A stretch of DNA of 64,000 bases from Neocallimastix sp. 'constans' (lineage: Eukaryota), in contig JBODTK010000144.1 of the NCBI GenBank assembly GCA_050613775.1, positions 62,001-126,000 of the forward strand, written 5' to 3'. Position 1 is the first letter of the stretch, and each line of letters begins with the position of its first letter. Below, piece after piece: positions 51,438 to 64,000 of the stretch. A model generated the notes under the pieces. It was not told the DNA's origin. It saw only the letters and a list, made by a program, of their open reading frames with translations, and searched no databases. A program made the translations under genes and the position numbers.

Positions 51438-52262
51438 ATTTAATTATTTAAGAATTTAATGATATCATTAGTCATAGTTTTCTCAATAACATGAGTTGGA
51501 TGAAAAAGTCCATTATTCCAATAACACTGTTCTTGGTAAAACAACTATTATTTGAATTATATAAATTTGGACAATAATAAGTAATTAAAAAATTCCCATA
51601 GTTTTCTTCAACATAAAAGAATTTAGTATGAGGATCATAAATTATATATATATATATATATATATTAATATTACAATGTTAATTATAAAATCCTCAATAT
51701 ATACTACTAGCATTGAAATTTTAAACTTTTCTGTTTTGTATAATCAATAATATTCCATGATGAGCGTTCAGTTGTTGAAACATAATGTAATAATACATTA
51801 CAAGCTACATAATCATTTAATTATTTGATTAATCAGCAATAAACAAGCAAAATCATATTTTTTAATCATCATAAGATGGATCATTAACTTTTTTACCTAT
51901 ATCGTTAATATCCATCCAAACACTAGATTAAAAAATCTTCTGAATTTCAGTTAAATATATGTACCTTTGAATTATTTCAAATTATAACTTAAATTCTTTT
52001 TTTTGATTAGGTTTGAAATAATTCAAAGGTGCATACATTTAATTTATAGTTAAATATACAAGGAAATTTTTTTAAACCAGAAACATTGCATAAATATTAA
52101 TATTTTAAATATATGTTCCAATACAAATATGTTCAATATCTAGAACTTGGTTTAGAATCCAAACACTGGTATAATCAAGCTGGAAAAATTATGATACCAT
52201 GATCAATATTTGTTGATGTGTATAAGTCACTGAAAACAATACAATTCTTTATTAAATATATT
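51438..52262 (-). pseudogene. Degenerate GDSL/SGNH esterase (CE16-like) pseudogene
   Basis: Minus-strand fragments IKNCIVFSDLYT (block I, from FGDSYT), VWMDINDIG (block III, from WxGxNDI) and YWNNGLFHPTHVIEKTMTNDIIKFL (block V) lie in the right order but are broken by stops and frameshifts. Confidence 0.6.
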
Positions 52263-53868
52263 ACTTTTTTCTTTTTTTTTTGACTTAAATTTTCAATAGA
52301 AGTTATTTATTGATATATAATGGTAAATATTTTAAAAAAAAATTAGTTTTTATTAGCATAATTGAAATATTTATTCTGTTGTTTATTATTTGATCAATAG
52401 AACATTATTAAAAAAATAATAAAAGAAAACAAAAATTTAAAATTAAAAGAAAGTTATAAATATTTAAAAAATTAATCATATATAGCAATTTAAATAAAAT
52501 TGTTACTACAATATAAAATAATATTTATCTGTAATAGTAATTAAAATAATATTTAATATACTCATATAATTATTATCTCTAAAAATGAATATTATGATAT
52601 AAAAATTTAACAATAAATTTATCAATCTTATGTATCTAAATTATGTTTATATATTTTAAAATATTTTGAGATATGACATTTTTAATTATTGTTGCAATTT
52701 TATAAATATGTACTATACTTTAAATTATTTTGTTTTCAGAGTTTTAAAAATTTCTCTGTTGTCTGAAGATTTTTTTTGTTTTATTTACTATATTTTAGAA
52801 CACTTTATTATTAATTATATTAATAATGCATACTTTTTATATATACTTTTACATGGTAATACATATACTAATAAACAATTGAACCATATCTGTATCACAT
52901 TAACAATCAATCATATATTTATATGATCTAGCCATAATACATTAGATACACAAAATACAATACATAAATTATACATATATTTAATCTAATACTTATACAT
53001 AAAATATATTATTAATAGCTATAATTAATATTAAACTTTAATAAATAATTCATAATATTTTAACATTCCCCCTAAAGTTTAATATGGTTAAAACTTGGTA
53101 AGTATGGATTCTCTGAATTTAGTCATTAATGTATTATTGAGGTATTTAGTAAAACCATCAGCTAAGTTCACATTTGTCCTAATATGTTTCAGTCTTATAT
53201 CACCCTTTATAATTAAGTCCCTAATATGGTGATATTTAATGTCAATATGTTTTGATTTAGGGTTTATTGTTTGATTGATACAATTCTGAATAGCAGCTTT
53301 ATTATCTGTTTTTATTTCTGCATTCATATTAAGTTCTTTAAAAATATTTTTATACCATAAACAATGTTTTGCACATTCATCTATAGCATAATATTCGCTT
53401 TCCAAAGTAGAAGTTGATACACAATTTTGTAGTTTTGAATACCAACTTGTTGGTGCTCCATTCATCATGATTATATACCCTGTTGTTGACTTCCTAGTTT
53501 CAGTGTCTCCGCCATAATCTGCGTCAACATAGATGTCAAATGTATTACTATTTTTAAATTTTAAACCATATCTAGGATGACCATTTAAATACCTGAAAAT
53601 TTTTATAACATTAATCCAATCTTCTAAATTCGGATTACTTGTGCGTCTAGAAGCTTTATTAACAGCAAATAGTATATCCGGCCTAGTACATCCAGCTAAG
53701 TATAACAAACATCCTATAGCTTTTAATATTTCATCTTTAATACCGGTTATGAGAATATCATCTACATAAACAGCCAATAAGCAAGTTACATTACCTTCTC
53801 TATTCTTTTTCACATAAACGCATGGTTCACTTTTTAATCTAATGAAGTTGAATTCTGTCATCACTTCA

Positions 53869-54491
53869 TGTAATGAATCCGTCAATAAAAAAACAGATTA
53901 TAACAATAAAAAAACACTACAATTTAAACAAATAAAATTAAAGTAATTTCTTTTATTAATAAATTCTTTTATTAATTATAAACTTCTTTTATGTTATTAA
54001 CTGTAAAATAGTTAATAACTAATACATCGATTTAATTAAGAAAAATTACATGTATTTATATTTTTTCTTATTACAATATTAATATATGATGTTATTTAAT
54101 AATATATATAAAACTATTTATTTATAAACAAAAGATTTTTTTAATTAATAATTTTTATTATTTATTAATTTACTAAAACTAAAATTAATTTTTTAAACTC
54201 TTTATTTTATTTATTATTTTAATACTTATAATAATTTTAATTATATATTTAATTTTGAAAAACTATTTTTATAAATATTAACTATTTAAGATTATTCCTA
54301 AATTAATATTTAACTATTTAAAACTAAACTAAATTACCTAAACTAATTAAAAAATATTTTCAATTTAAAAAAATAATTAAATTTTATTTCAATAAATTTT
54401 ATATTAAAAAAATAATTCATATACATTAAATAAATTAATTGTACGAAAAATTAAGCTATTTAATGTATTAAAGATTTATTAAATCTTTACA
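53869..54491 (-). mobile_element. Solo LTR (623 bp), related to 48986-49758, nested in copia-B RT
   Basis: Minus strand TGTAAAGATTTAATAAATCTTTAATA...TCATTACA; TSD CTTCA (53864-53868 / 54492-54496). Removal restores NNTFNEV-MTEFNF. Shares the block TATAAATACATGTAA..TAATTAAATCGATGTATTAGTTATT with the first solo LTR. Confidence 0.9.
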
Positions 54492-55797
54492 CTTCATTAA
54501 ATGTATTATTCCAGGCACGTCCAGCTTGCTTCAGTCCATAGAGAGCTTTATTCAGTTTCCAATATTTTTTCTTATAATTATCATCTCCTTCTGGTGCTTC
54601 CATGTATATTTCTTCTTCCAAGTCAGCATTTAAGTATGCTGCTTTCACATCTAATTGATGTATTTCGATATTATTTTGCGCGGCATAAGCTGATAATATT
54701 CTTAGGGAATCTTGTCTAAGTGTTGGAGAGAAGGTATATGTATAGTCCGTACCTTCTATTTGAGTAAACCCGCGAGCAACAAGTCTAGCTTTTCTTTTTA
54801 TTATGTTTCCTTGAAAATCTCGTTTATAAGTAAATACCCATCGTGTAGTTATTATATTTGCATTGGAAGGAACCTTATTTACTAATTTGTACACTTTTAG
54901 ACTTCTCATATTCTCCAATTCATTATTTACTGCTTTTAACCATTCTAATTTGTCCCTTTTCTTATAAATATCATTAAATTGTTGTGGTTCTCTTAATTCT
55001 AATTCTGAATAGTATGTTACCTTTTTAATTATTTCGGCTGAATTTAAGTATTTTGATTTTTTAGTTATATTTCCATTTATACCTGTAGACTTTCTTTTCT
55101 TTGAATATTGTGACTTATTTATATTATTGTTTTCATAATTCTCATTTAAAATTAAATTTTCCAATTGATTATTTTCATTTAAATTTAATTTATTTGAAAT
55201 ATTTTTTATGTCATCATCATTATCAATATTATTAAGATTACTTAAATTATGTTCATTTATAATTTTTTTGTTATTATCATTATTTTTATTATTTAAATTG
55301 TATTTTAGGTTTTCATTTTTATTTTGGTTATCCTCAATTAAATTTATCTTATCTTTAATAATATTTTTAATATCCTTTGATTTTTCGCTTAATTTCAACA
55401 CTTCATTTGAAGTTTCATTATCATTTAATTTACTATTTTCTTTGTTTACCCTTTGGTCACTTACATTCTCCTCATTACTTTTGTTCTGTGAAATATTTAC
55501 GTTTGAATTATAATTATCATTTTGATCATTTTTATTTTGAGCATTAAAGATTGAAAAAGGGTTTTGATCATTTGAATTGTCTAAATTATTTGAATTATTT
55601 AAATCTTTTAATTTTTCATGTTCAGAATTTATCGCATAAATGTTAGGGTTAGGGTAATAATTATAATTATTTAAATTATTAAATTTTGGAAGTGGACAAT
55701 TTTGAATGTTTGGATTAAAATAAAATGGATATTGAAAAATTTGAAAAAAATTTATAAAATTATTAGGAGTGTTAGGATAAATATTATTTGGATAAAA

Positions 55798-55904
55798 GCG
55801 AAAGAAAAGAAGTACTCCTAATTAAATCAAAGGATGAGATGATGATTGATTTTGATTGATGAATGCTCATCATTTTCATCATCATTGTTGTTATGATCAT
55901 AACC
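55798..55904. other. 107-bp foreign insertion in copia-B linker flanked by TAAAA direct repeats
   Basis: Interrupts the NNNFY[S/P] repeat; TAAAA at 55793-55797 and 55905-55909; 14-bp palindrome GTTATGATCATAAC at one end. Confidence 0.55.
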
Positions 55905-58545
55905 TAAAAATTATTATTTGGATAAAAATTATTATTTGAATAAAAATTATTATTTGAATAAAAATTATTAAAATCTTGTAAATTATTTTCATTTAAATTA
56001 TTATTATTATTATTATTGAATAAATTCAGATTGTTATTGTAGTCACGTAAATTAAAATTATTATTGATATTGCTTGTGTTATAATTTGAACTAATATTCT
56101 TATCTAAAAATGAATTATTAGTATTATTATTATTACTGTTATTATAACTGTCATTATTACCGGATACATCTTTTTTTTCGTAAATATTATTTAAATCATA
56201 TGAATTATCTTTATTGAAATCCAAATTATTATTATATTCATTCCCCCCGACTTCAGTAAAGTCGTAAAAAATCAACAATATCAGGAGGAGACGAGGGAGA
56301 GGCAATATTACCAGGGTGATTTTCCAGGAAAGAAACAGCTCTAGAAAGGATAATTTTATTATTGAGAGGATCGAAAATCTTGAAGGCCGTGTGGTTGACG
56401 TCGTCGTATCCTAAGAATATACCTTGAAGAGTAGTGTCACTAAATTTCTTTCTAAATTGCTTGGAAAAAAACTTTACATCCGAAAACTTTGAATTTATTA
56501 TAATCAACCTTGTTATTGTAAAGAATTTCAAATGGAACCTGATTATTGATACCTTTATGGGGTATTCTATTGTGTATATAATTAACTGTGTATACAGCAT
56601 CTTCCCAAAATTTATGATGCAATTTAGCATCTCTGAGCATAGCAGTGGCGGCAAATATAAGAGTTCCATTGAAACGTTCAGAACGACCATTTTGTTGTGG
56701 GTTGTAAGGGACTGTAAATTGTTGAATTATACCTTCTTTATTACAGAAATTAGAAAAATTATTTTTTTTAAATTCAGTTCCGTTATCGGAACGTATATAT
56801 TTGATGTTTTAATTATGAATATTCTTGACTTTGTTATACCAAATAGTGAAAGTATTGAATATTTCACTTTTGGATTTTAGACAAAATACCCATCCGTATC
56901 GTGAGTAATCGTCAAGAATTGTAAAAATAAATTTATTTCCATATATAGACGAATTAGGTACAATAATAGTATCCATGTGGATAAGCTCAAAGGGTTCATT
57001 AGCTCTATTTATAGAGCTTTTATATGGTTTATTTCTAAATTTTGAACTAAGGCACACTTCACATTTTTCATCAATCTTTATATTTTTTAATTTGTCTTTA
57101 ATCATATCTATGTTGAAGTGCCCTAATCGACGATGCCATAATTCCATATTGTCATCAAGTTGTGTAATACTGTTACAGATTTTTATATTCTTTTCATTGA
57201 ATGATATTTTTTATAGTTGAAGTCCACAATTTATAAATTCTATTTTTAGTGGACTTAATTGTGCATAATTTATTTCCTCTTTTATTATAAATAGAGGCAA
57301 GATTATTATTATTTTTATTATAAAAAATTGTTTTAAAATGTCTTTCACTAAGACAATCAATAGAGAGGAGGCTTCTTCTAAATGCTGGAATGTAAAGGAC
57401 ATTATGAAGGATAATTTTATTATCGTTTATGTATCCTTCATATGTTCCCTTAAAGGTAGATTTTGTTGTTTCACCATTGGCGAAAACAATAGACTCTTTA
57501 TGTTTTACAATATCTTTTAAGCCTTTTAAATTATTCGTCATATGACAAGATGCTCCAGAGTCTAAAGTCCAACAGGTGAAATTATCTGGGTCATCAAGTT
57601 TCCCAGTTTCTTCTGTATAATAATTTAGGTTATGTTCTGGGAACTTGGAGTTTTAGTTTTCCTTATTGCCTCGGAGTACCTTTTTGAATTTCTACCCCAT
57701 TCGATTCATTTTCTTCATTTGAGTTGTAATTGTCGGCAAATAGGTTGTATTTACTCAAATCTTCTTCATGCGATTCTGCTGAAAATGACTTCTTCTTATA
57801 TTTAGAATCATATTTTCTATTATTATGTTTATTGTTTGAAGGACAAAATTTTGCAATATGTCCTCTCTTCTTACATTTATAGCATATTCTTTTATCTTTA
57901 TTATCTTCTCTATTAAAATTATTTATTTTATTGTTCCTTTTAATGTAGTTGGCTTCTGGCTTGGTATTATTATTCTCTCTATTTCTAATGATTCCTTTCT
58001 GCTTTTGTAACTGCTTGAGTGTTGGTATAACATCAATCATATATGCCATAAGATTATCCCAATTTTTTCTATGAAATATCATGTTTAATGTGATGCATAT
58101 GTATGATGGAAGCATGTTGTACAAGCATTTAAATTTCTTTTCATCTGAATACATCTCCCCTAAATCTTCCAGTTCTTCATACAAATAATTAACATTAGAT
58201 ATGAATATGGCAAAGTCATCTTCCATATCATATTTTTTATTTTCTATTTTTTCTTTTATATCTTCTATTCTTTCCTCTCTTGATTTTCTATAAGACTCTT
58301 TTAGAATGTTCCAGATCTCAAAACAAGTATAAGCACTGAAATTAATTTCTTCTTTTATTTGGTCGTTCACACTGTTGCTTAGAATGTATTTTGCATGTGC
58401 TTCATCGTTCAACATTTCATCTGTAAAATTTAAATCGTATACAAAACGAGTGCTACCTCTGACTCTTTTATATTTTGATCTGTCACCTATTGGAATGCTT
58501 ACTAACTTAACTTTTTTAATTATATCTTTGTAACGAAACTCATAA

Positions 58546-59225
58546 TGTAAGAATATAGATTTATTTCATATAAAATAATCTATCTTCTTATTTAATTAAT
58601 TTATATTTCATTTATATTTCAATATTTATTAACATGTAAAAAATATATTAATTTATCCAAATTAATATATTGAAAAATAATGTAAACAAATTTGTTGTAA
58701 TGTATTAATTACTTAAAAATATTATTTATATTTTATTATTTCAATTAGTTGATAATTTATAAGATTTTAGCAATCGGTTAATTAATTTTTTCCCCAATAT
58801 TATTATGATTGGGTTTTTATTAATTAATACGATGATTAATATATTAGAATATTAATTGAAGTTATTCAGGTTTTTCTACTAATCTTTTCCTGAATATCAA
58901 TTTGTTAAGATTAGATACCTTTATTTGATTTGTTAACTTTATCTTATCTATTTTATTTATTTAATAATTACACCTATTTAATAATTTCATCTATTAAAAT
59001 AATTATAAATAAAAAAGTATAAAAGAACTCAAATTTCTTTGATTAAAGAAATTAGAGTTATTATTATATAATGCTATATAATAAATTAAAAGAAAATAAA
59101 GTCTTTTTGTTTATTTCAATATTTAGTGTTTATAATAAACTCTATATAAAGTTAAGTATAAATTTTTATATCTTAAAATATTAATAATCTAGTTATAGTT
59201 AGTATATTATAAATAGATTATTACA
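58546..59225 (+). mobile_element. LTR-like unit (680 bp), distantly related to the solo LTRs, truncating copia-B gag
   Basis: TGTAAGAAT...ATTATTACA with hairpins at both ends, a TATA..AAATTTCTTTGATTAA..AGTTATT block, and CATAA on both sides (right side continues CATAACTG). Confidence 0.6.
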
Positions 59226-59560
59226 CATAACTGTTAAGGTTTTAGAGAATTAAATAAAAATAAAGTAAAGAAACACAAATTTTATTTATTTATTTATTAT
59301 TTTTATTTATAAATTTATTTGATTTTATTTGATTAATTTTACTTGATTTTATTTGATGATTTTTTAAAAATTGGTAGCAAAATTTACAACTATTTATACT
59401 TTTTTTCAAGGCATAAAAGTTGTTCTTGCCACTAAATTACATTTTATTTATTTTTTTTTTTTTATAAAAACTATTAAATTTAAATTGAATTTTATAATCA
59501 ATTATATAAAATTTAATTATAACAATATAAATAAAATACATTTATAATATTAATAAAACA

Positions 59561-59594
<34 letters not shown>

Positions 59595-60743
59595 TATCTA
59601 AAATATTACTAATAAGAATTTATTTAATTGGCTATAAATTTTATTACAATCTGTTAAAATATTCAAATAAAAATAAAAATACTATTCTAATATAAAGGTT
59701 TTTAATAAAATAAAATATTTTTCAATATAAAATAAAACATTTCGATATAAAATTTTATAATAAAAGTTAAAATATAATATATAAATTTTTAATTATCAAT
59801 ATATAAAAATATTATTAATACAAATTTTCATTATTAATATAAAAAAAAATAAGATTTATTATTAATATTGCTAATATAAGTTTTAAATATATAAAAATAT
59901 TACTATTAATATAAGATTTAATATAAAAATATAAAGTTTAATATAATTTTTGATTTAATTTTTGATCTTTGGATTTAAAAATTTATTAAAGTACAAAAAT
60001 AATAATGTACACATAATGTATTAGAAATAAATCGTAGATTTAATTAAGAATGCATTATTTAGTACATTCTTATCATAATGTAATAATTTAATTAAAAAAT
60101 TATAATTAAATTATTAATCATTAATATTAGCTCTAACTGCTAATATTAAAGGTTTAGAAAAGAATCATACTTACCTATGGTTCTTTCTAATTATCGAGTT
60201 TATTATAACGAATTATAATAGACGAAACACTAAAATTGATAAGGAAAAGTTTTAATTATAAAATTTGTTTTATTAAAATAATTTGTTTTATTATTTATTA
60301 AAAATTTTAAATGTTAAAACTTATTGTTATTATTATTATATTATAATTGTTATAATAATAACTCTTGATTTCTCAAAGAGAACTCAAGAGCCTTATTTAT
60401 ACTTTTTTGTCAAAATAAGGTTAAAATCAAAAGGGGTTCTAATCTTAACAAATCTCTTATCTAGGAAAAGACTAGAAGAAAAACCTAGATAAGTTTTTTG
60501 ATCGATATTCTATCCATATCGATCATCGCGTTAATTAAGTAAAACCGATTACTTTTAAGAAGTAATTGGAAAAATCTTAATTAACCGATTACTTAATCTA
60601 ATATAATGATCGAAAATAAAAGAATAAAATAATGAAAATTATTTCGATCATAAAATTTAAAATTTAATCTATTTAGTTCTATTTTATAGAACTTTACATA
60701 AAAAATATAAAACAATACATTAATAATAAAATACATGATTAAT

Positions 60744-60793
60744 ACAATACAGAATACATGATAGAATACAGAATACATGATAAAATACAGAAT
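60744..60793. repeat. 19-bp tandem repeat (aatacagaatacatgata[g/a]), ~2.6 copies
   Basis: Read directly. Confidence 0.8.
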
Positions 60794-61509
60794 AGTGTTT
60801 TAGTTTATGATTTAATAAGTGAGAGAAAACTAAAACTAATAAATTTAATAATTAAGTGAATAATTAAATAAATTTAATATTATTTTAAATGTATAAAAAT
60901 TATTTGATTAAATAAATTTTTAATATTAAACTAAATAAAATTTTAATATATAATTAAATAAATTATTAATTATAATTAATTGTATAAATGAAATATGAGT
61001 TAAATAAAAGTTATATTAATTATAACCTAACTATGTTAAGATAATAACTGAATTTCAATTCAATTTCAATTTCGATAATTCAGTTATTTGAATTTCAATA
61101 TTAATAAATAATAATAATATAATAATTATTATTAAATTAACTTTATTAAAATATTTAGGAATTAGTCTAGGCCAACTAATTACTAAATATTATTAATATA
61201 TTGAATTTAATATATATTAAATAATGATATAAAACAAATATGTGTAGTAACATATTTGTTTATTTAATAATAATTATTAAATATTAAATTTATATCTTTT
61301 TGATAATAATTATTTTATTTTATTTTATTTCAATATATATTATTATAATTATAATAATTATAATACTTTAATTCATATAAAATTTATATAGTTCTATATA
61401 TTAGAATATGTATTTAATATATTACCTATTTCTTATAAATTAAATTATTTATATTAGAAATAGAGAACTCTCTTGTAAATTTTTAGGAATTAGAATTATT
61501 ATTTTAATT

Positions 61510-62128
61510 GTACGAATATTATAATATTATTAATAAAATATACTAAACTACCATTATTTAAAACCCACTGCTTATAAATTATTGCACATAAAAGTCCCGC
61601 ATATCAATAATGTAAACACGTGATTGTCATATTAAATTAATTTCTACATATTATATTTTAATTATAAAATATAATATTTAGCAATATTTGATTCTTATAT
61701 TTTATTTATATTAAATATTTATATTATTATCTAACTTTATATTATCAATATCAAACTTATATTAATATTATTTACATATTCATATTAATGATTAATATTT
61801 TAATAATTAATTATTTTATATAAATACATGTTTAAATTCTTTTGATTAATCCTTTGTAGGATTATTGTAATTTAAATTATAGTAATAATTATATAAAATA
61901 ATAATGTAATAAAATATTATTAAGATTAAATAAAAATTATATTTTAAATAAAAATTTATTTATAAAATTTACTAATAACAATATGTTTTAAATAAGAGTA
62001 AAATTAAATTATTAATTAATTACTATAATTTGGCATCTTGACCTAATCGTTAAGACCAAATTACCTAAAAACTTTGACAAACTAAGAAAATATAATTATT
62101 TTGTTAAAAATAATTATAGATTCTTACA
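61510..62128 (+). mobile_element. LTR-like unit related to the solo LTRs, followed by putative PBS ATAACTGATACA; 5' boundary uncertain
   Basis: TATAAATACATGT..AAATTCTTTTGATTAA block at ~61819, terminal hairpin, end ATTCTTACA, then CATAACTGATACA. Candidate start TGTACGAATA at 61510. Confidence 0.55.
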
Positions 62129-63562
62129 CATAACTGATACAATACAGCTAGAAATACGCAAGAAAATTAACAAAAGAGAAAATCCTATAATAATATAGTG
62201 AAAAATAATTACAATATATAATATACTAAATCATTATATAAATAGATTAAAAATTAATTAGACAGCCAATAATATTCAAGATAAAATTAATTAATAAATT
62301 TAAAAGAAGAGAATGAAATAAAAGTAAAAGAGGGAGTTTTTCTTGTTGTTTTAAAAATTCTAATTGAGTAAAATAATAGTTTTAGAGAACTTATAGTTTA
62401 GTTTAAATAATTAAGTAATTACTTATAGTTAAAGGATAAGAGTTGAATCCTACAATTATAAGTAAAATTATTATTAAGATATTAATATAAATTGAATTAT
62501 TAGAGATAGATAAAAATCATTATATTCAGAGGAATATAAATATAATTGTAATAATTTATGTAAAATAAATAAATAAATAAAAACAAGATTTAAAAAGAAA
62601 TAAATAAATTTTATTATTTGTGTAAATTATTATTTATTATCTTTGAGTTGGAATATATTATTTTACAAATTCCTTATTTGCTCGACCTCGTTATAAATAG
62701 AAATCTGATACTTTATTACTTATATTGTATCATAACTTGATACGATTTATTTTTAATAATACCATAAATTAATATTTATTTTTTTATCCGAGACGAATAA
62801 CAAAAGGGAATTTTACAAAATAATATTTTCTAATAAAAGTATAACTTTTCTATTATAAGTAATAAACAAAAATCCACCGTATAATAAATTAATTCTATTT
62901 TATTAACAAAATGATAAAGCTCACAAAATATAATTTAAATAAATAAATCATAAATATAGATTTCACTTTATTTTTATTTAATAACTTTTATTTTTATTTT
63001 ATTTATTTTATTTTTTTTTTTATTTATTATTTATATATATATTTTTTTTTTTTTTATTTTCAATAATAATATCACAAATACAATATTCAATAATTAACTA
63101 AAACTACTCTTTTTTCTCAACTATTTTTTTTTTTTTTTTAGAATTCTCCTTTTATAATTTTTCTATTCTTTTTATTATTGGTTCTTCTTATTTTGGTTTA
63201 ATTAATAATTTAATTCTATAATATAACAGCAATTATTTAGTTAATAATTAAAATATTTTTTTTTTAATTATTAAGTCACCAATTTGATATTTTATAACAT
63301 ATATTCCTGTAACGTATTAAATGTTATGGTTCATTGGGAAAAACAAAATTTTTATACACAAAGGATAAAGATTTAAAATATTTATTTACACAATAACAAT
63401 TTTATAATTTATTTATTTATTTAATTTTTAAAGTAATTACATTATTTATTAAACTAATTAAATTTTATTAGCTAAATTATTACTATTCCTAATATTAATA
63501 TTAATACTATTACTTATATTATTACTAATATTATTACTATTTTTATTTTATTATTATTATTA

Positions 63563-63609
<47 letters not shown>

Positions 63610-64000
63610 ATTTTGATTATTGTTTTGTGTTATTTTATTTATATCTTTAGAAGAAATTATTTTCTTCAGATATTTATATTCGATTTCATTTTTAAAGTTT
63701 AATATCTTGGAAATGAAAAAGAATTTAAGTATTTAATTAAAAGAATTATTAATTCATTCTTAATTAAATGTTAAATAAAATTATTAATAATATGTTTAAT
63801 ATAAATTCCATAAAGGAATAAAAAAAAATTATTATTTAAAAAGATATTATAAAGATTTTAATTAAATAATATCTGGAGTAAATAATTAAAAAGTTTTTAA
63901 TAAAATTTTTAATTAAAAGTTTACAAAAATATTAATTGAATTTGGTAAAAGATAATAAATTATTTAATGATAATTTATTTTAAGTTTAATAAAAATTAAT

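Larger units (their letters stand above)
52640..58545 (-). mobile_element. Degenerate Ty1/copia retrotransposon (copia-B); 5' end truncated by nested insertion
   Basis: Gag 58415-57663 (CYKCKKRGHIAKFC), PR WTLDSGASCHM, IN LWHRRLGH/ILDDYSRY/SDNGTEF, RT KARLVARGF/YVDD with an in-frame deletion (ILK|AIGCLLY), RNase H to 53088, purine tract, then 3' LTR starting TGTTAAAAT at 53065. Far LTR boundary is approximate. Confidence 0.9.

Noticed and set aside
58529..58545. TGTAACG as the start of another outer LTR
   Set aside because: No matching right end with TSD was found, and the bases can be read as continuing copia-B gag.
60167..60180. ATACTTACCT, resembling the U1 snRNA 5' end
   Set aside because: No U1 stem-loops or Sm site follow; a short chance or antisense splice-donor-like match.

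Overview
Extremely AT-rich, intron-containing eukaryotic DNA with long poly(A/T), (AT)n and (AAT)n tracts. Composition, Asn-rich proteins and TE types suggest an anaerobic gut fungus (Neocallimastigomycota); this is an inference. The left two-thirds holds five spliced genes reconstructed by eye: a stand-alone Utp12-domain (UTP5/WDR43-like) protein, an MSS4-type PIP5K, a PASK-like Ser/Thr kinase split by a ~325-aa Asn-rich insert, a protein with a bacterial-like helical N-terminal domain encoded partly by a 14-nt microexon, and a ~2630-aa protein with 13 RRM-like domains. Copia, MULE and MITE debris lies between them. From 43 kb on there is a retrotransposon nest: a nearly intact Ty1/copia (LTRs, TSD, PPT) with a candidate -1 frameshift signal at gag/pol, and a second degenerate copia. 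Both are interrupted by related TG..CA LTRs with 5-bp TSDs. These LTRs carry a TATA box, a putative self-primer and, where internal sequence follows, a matching PBS, resembling the tRNA-independent self-priming of S. pombe Tf1. A hairpin-dense non-coding block, a short poly(A) retroposon with a hammerhead-like core and a GDSL esterase pseudogene are also present. All family calls come from motif recognition, not database searches.
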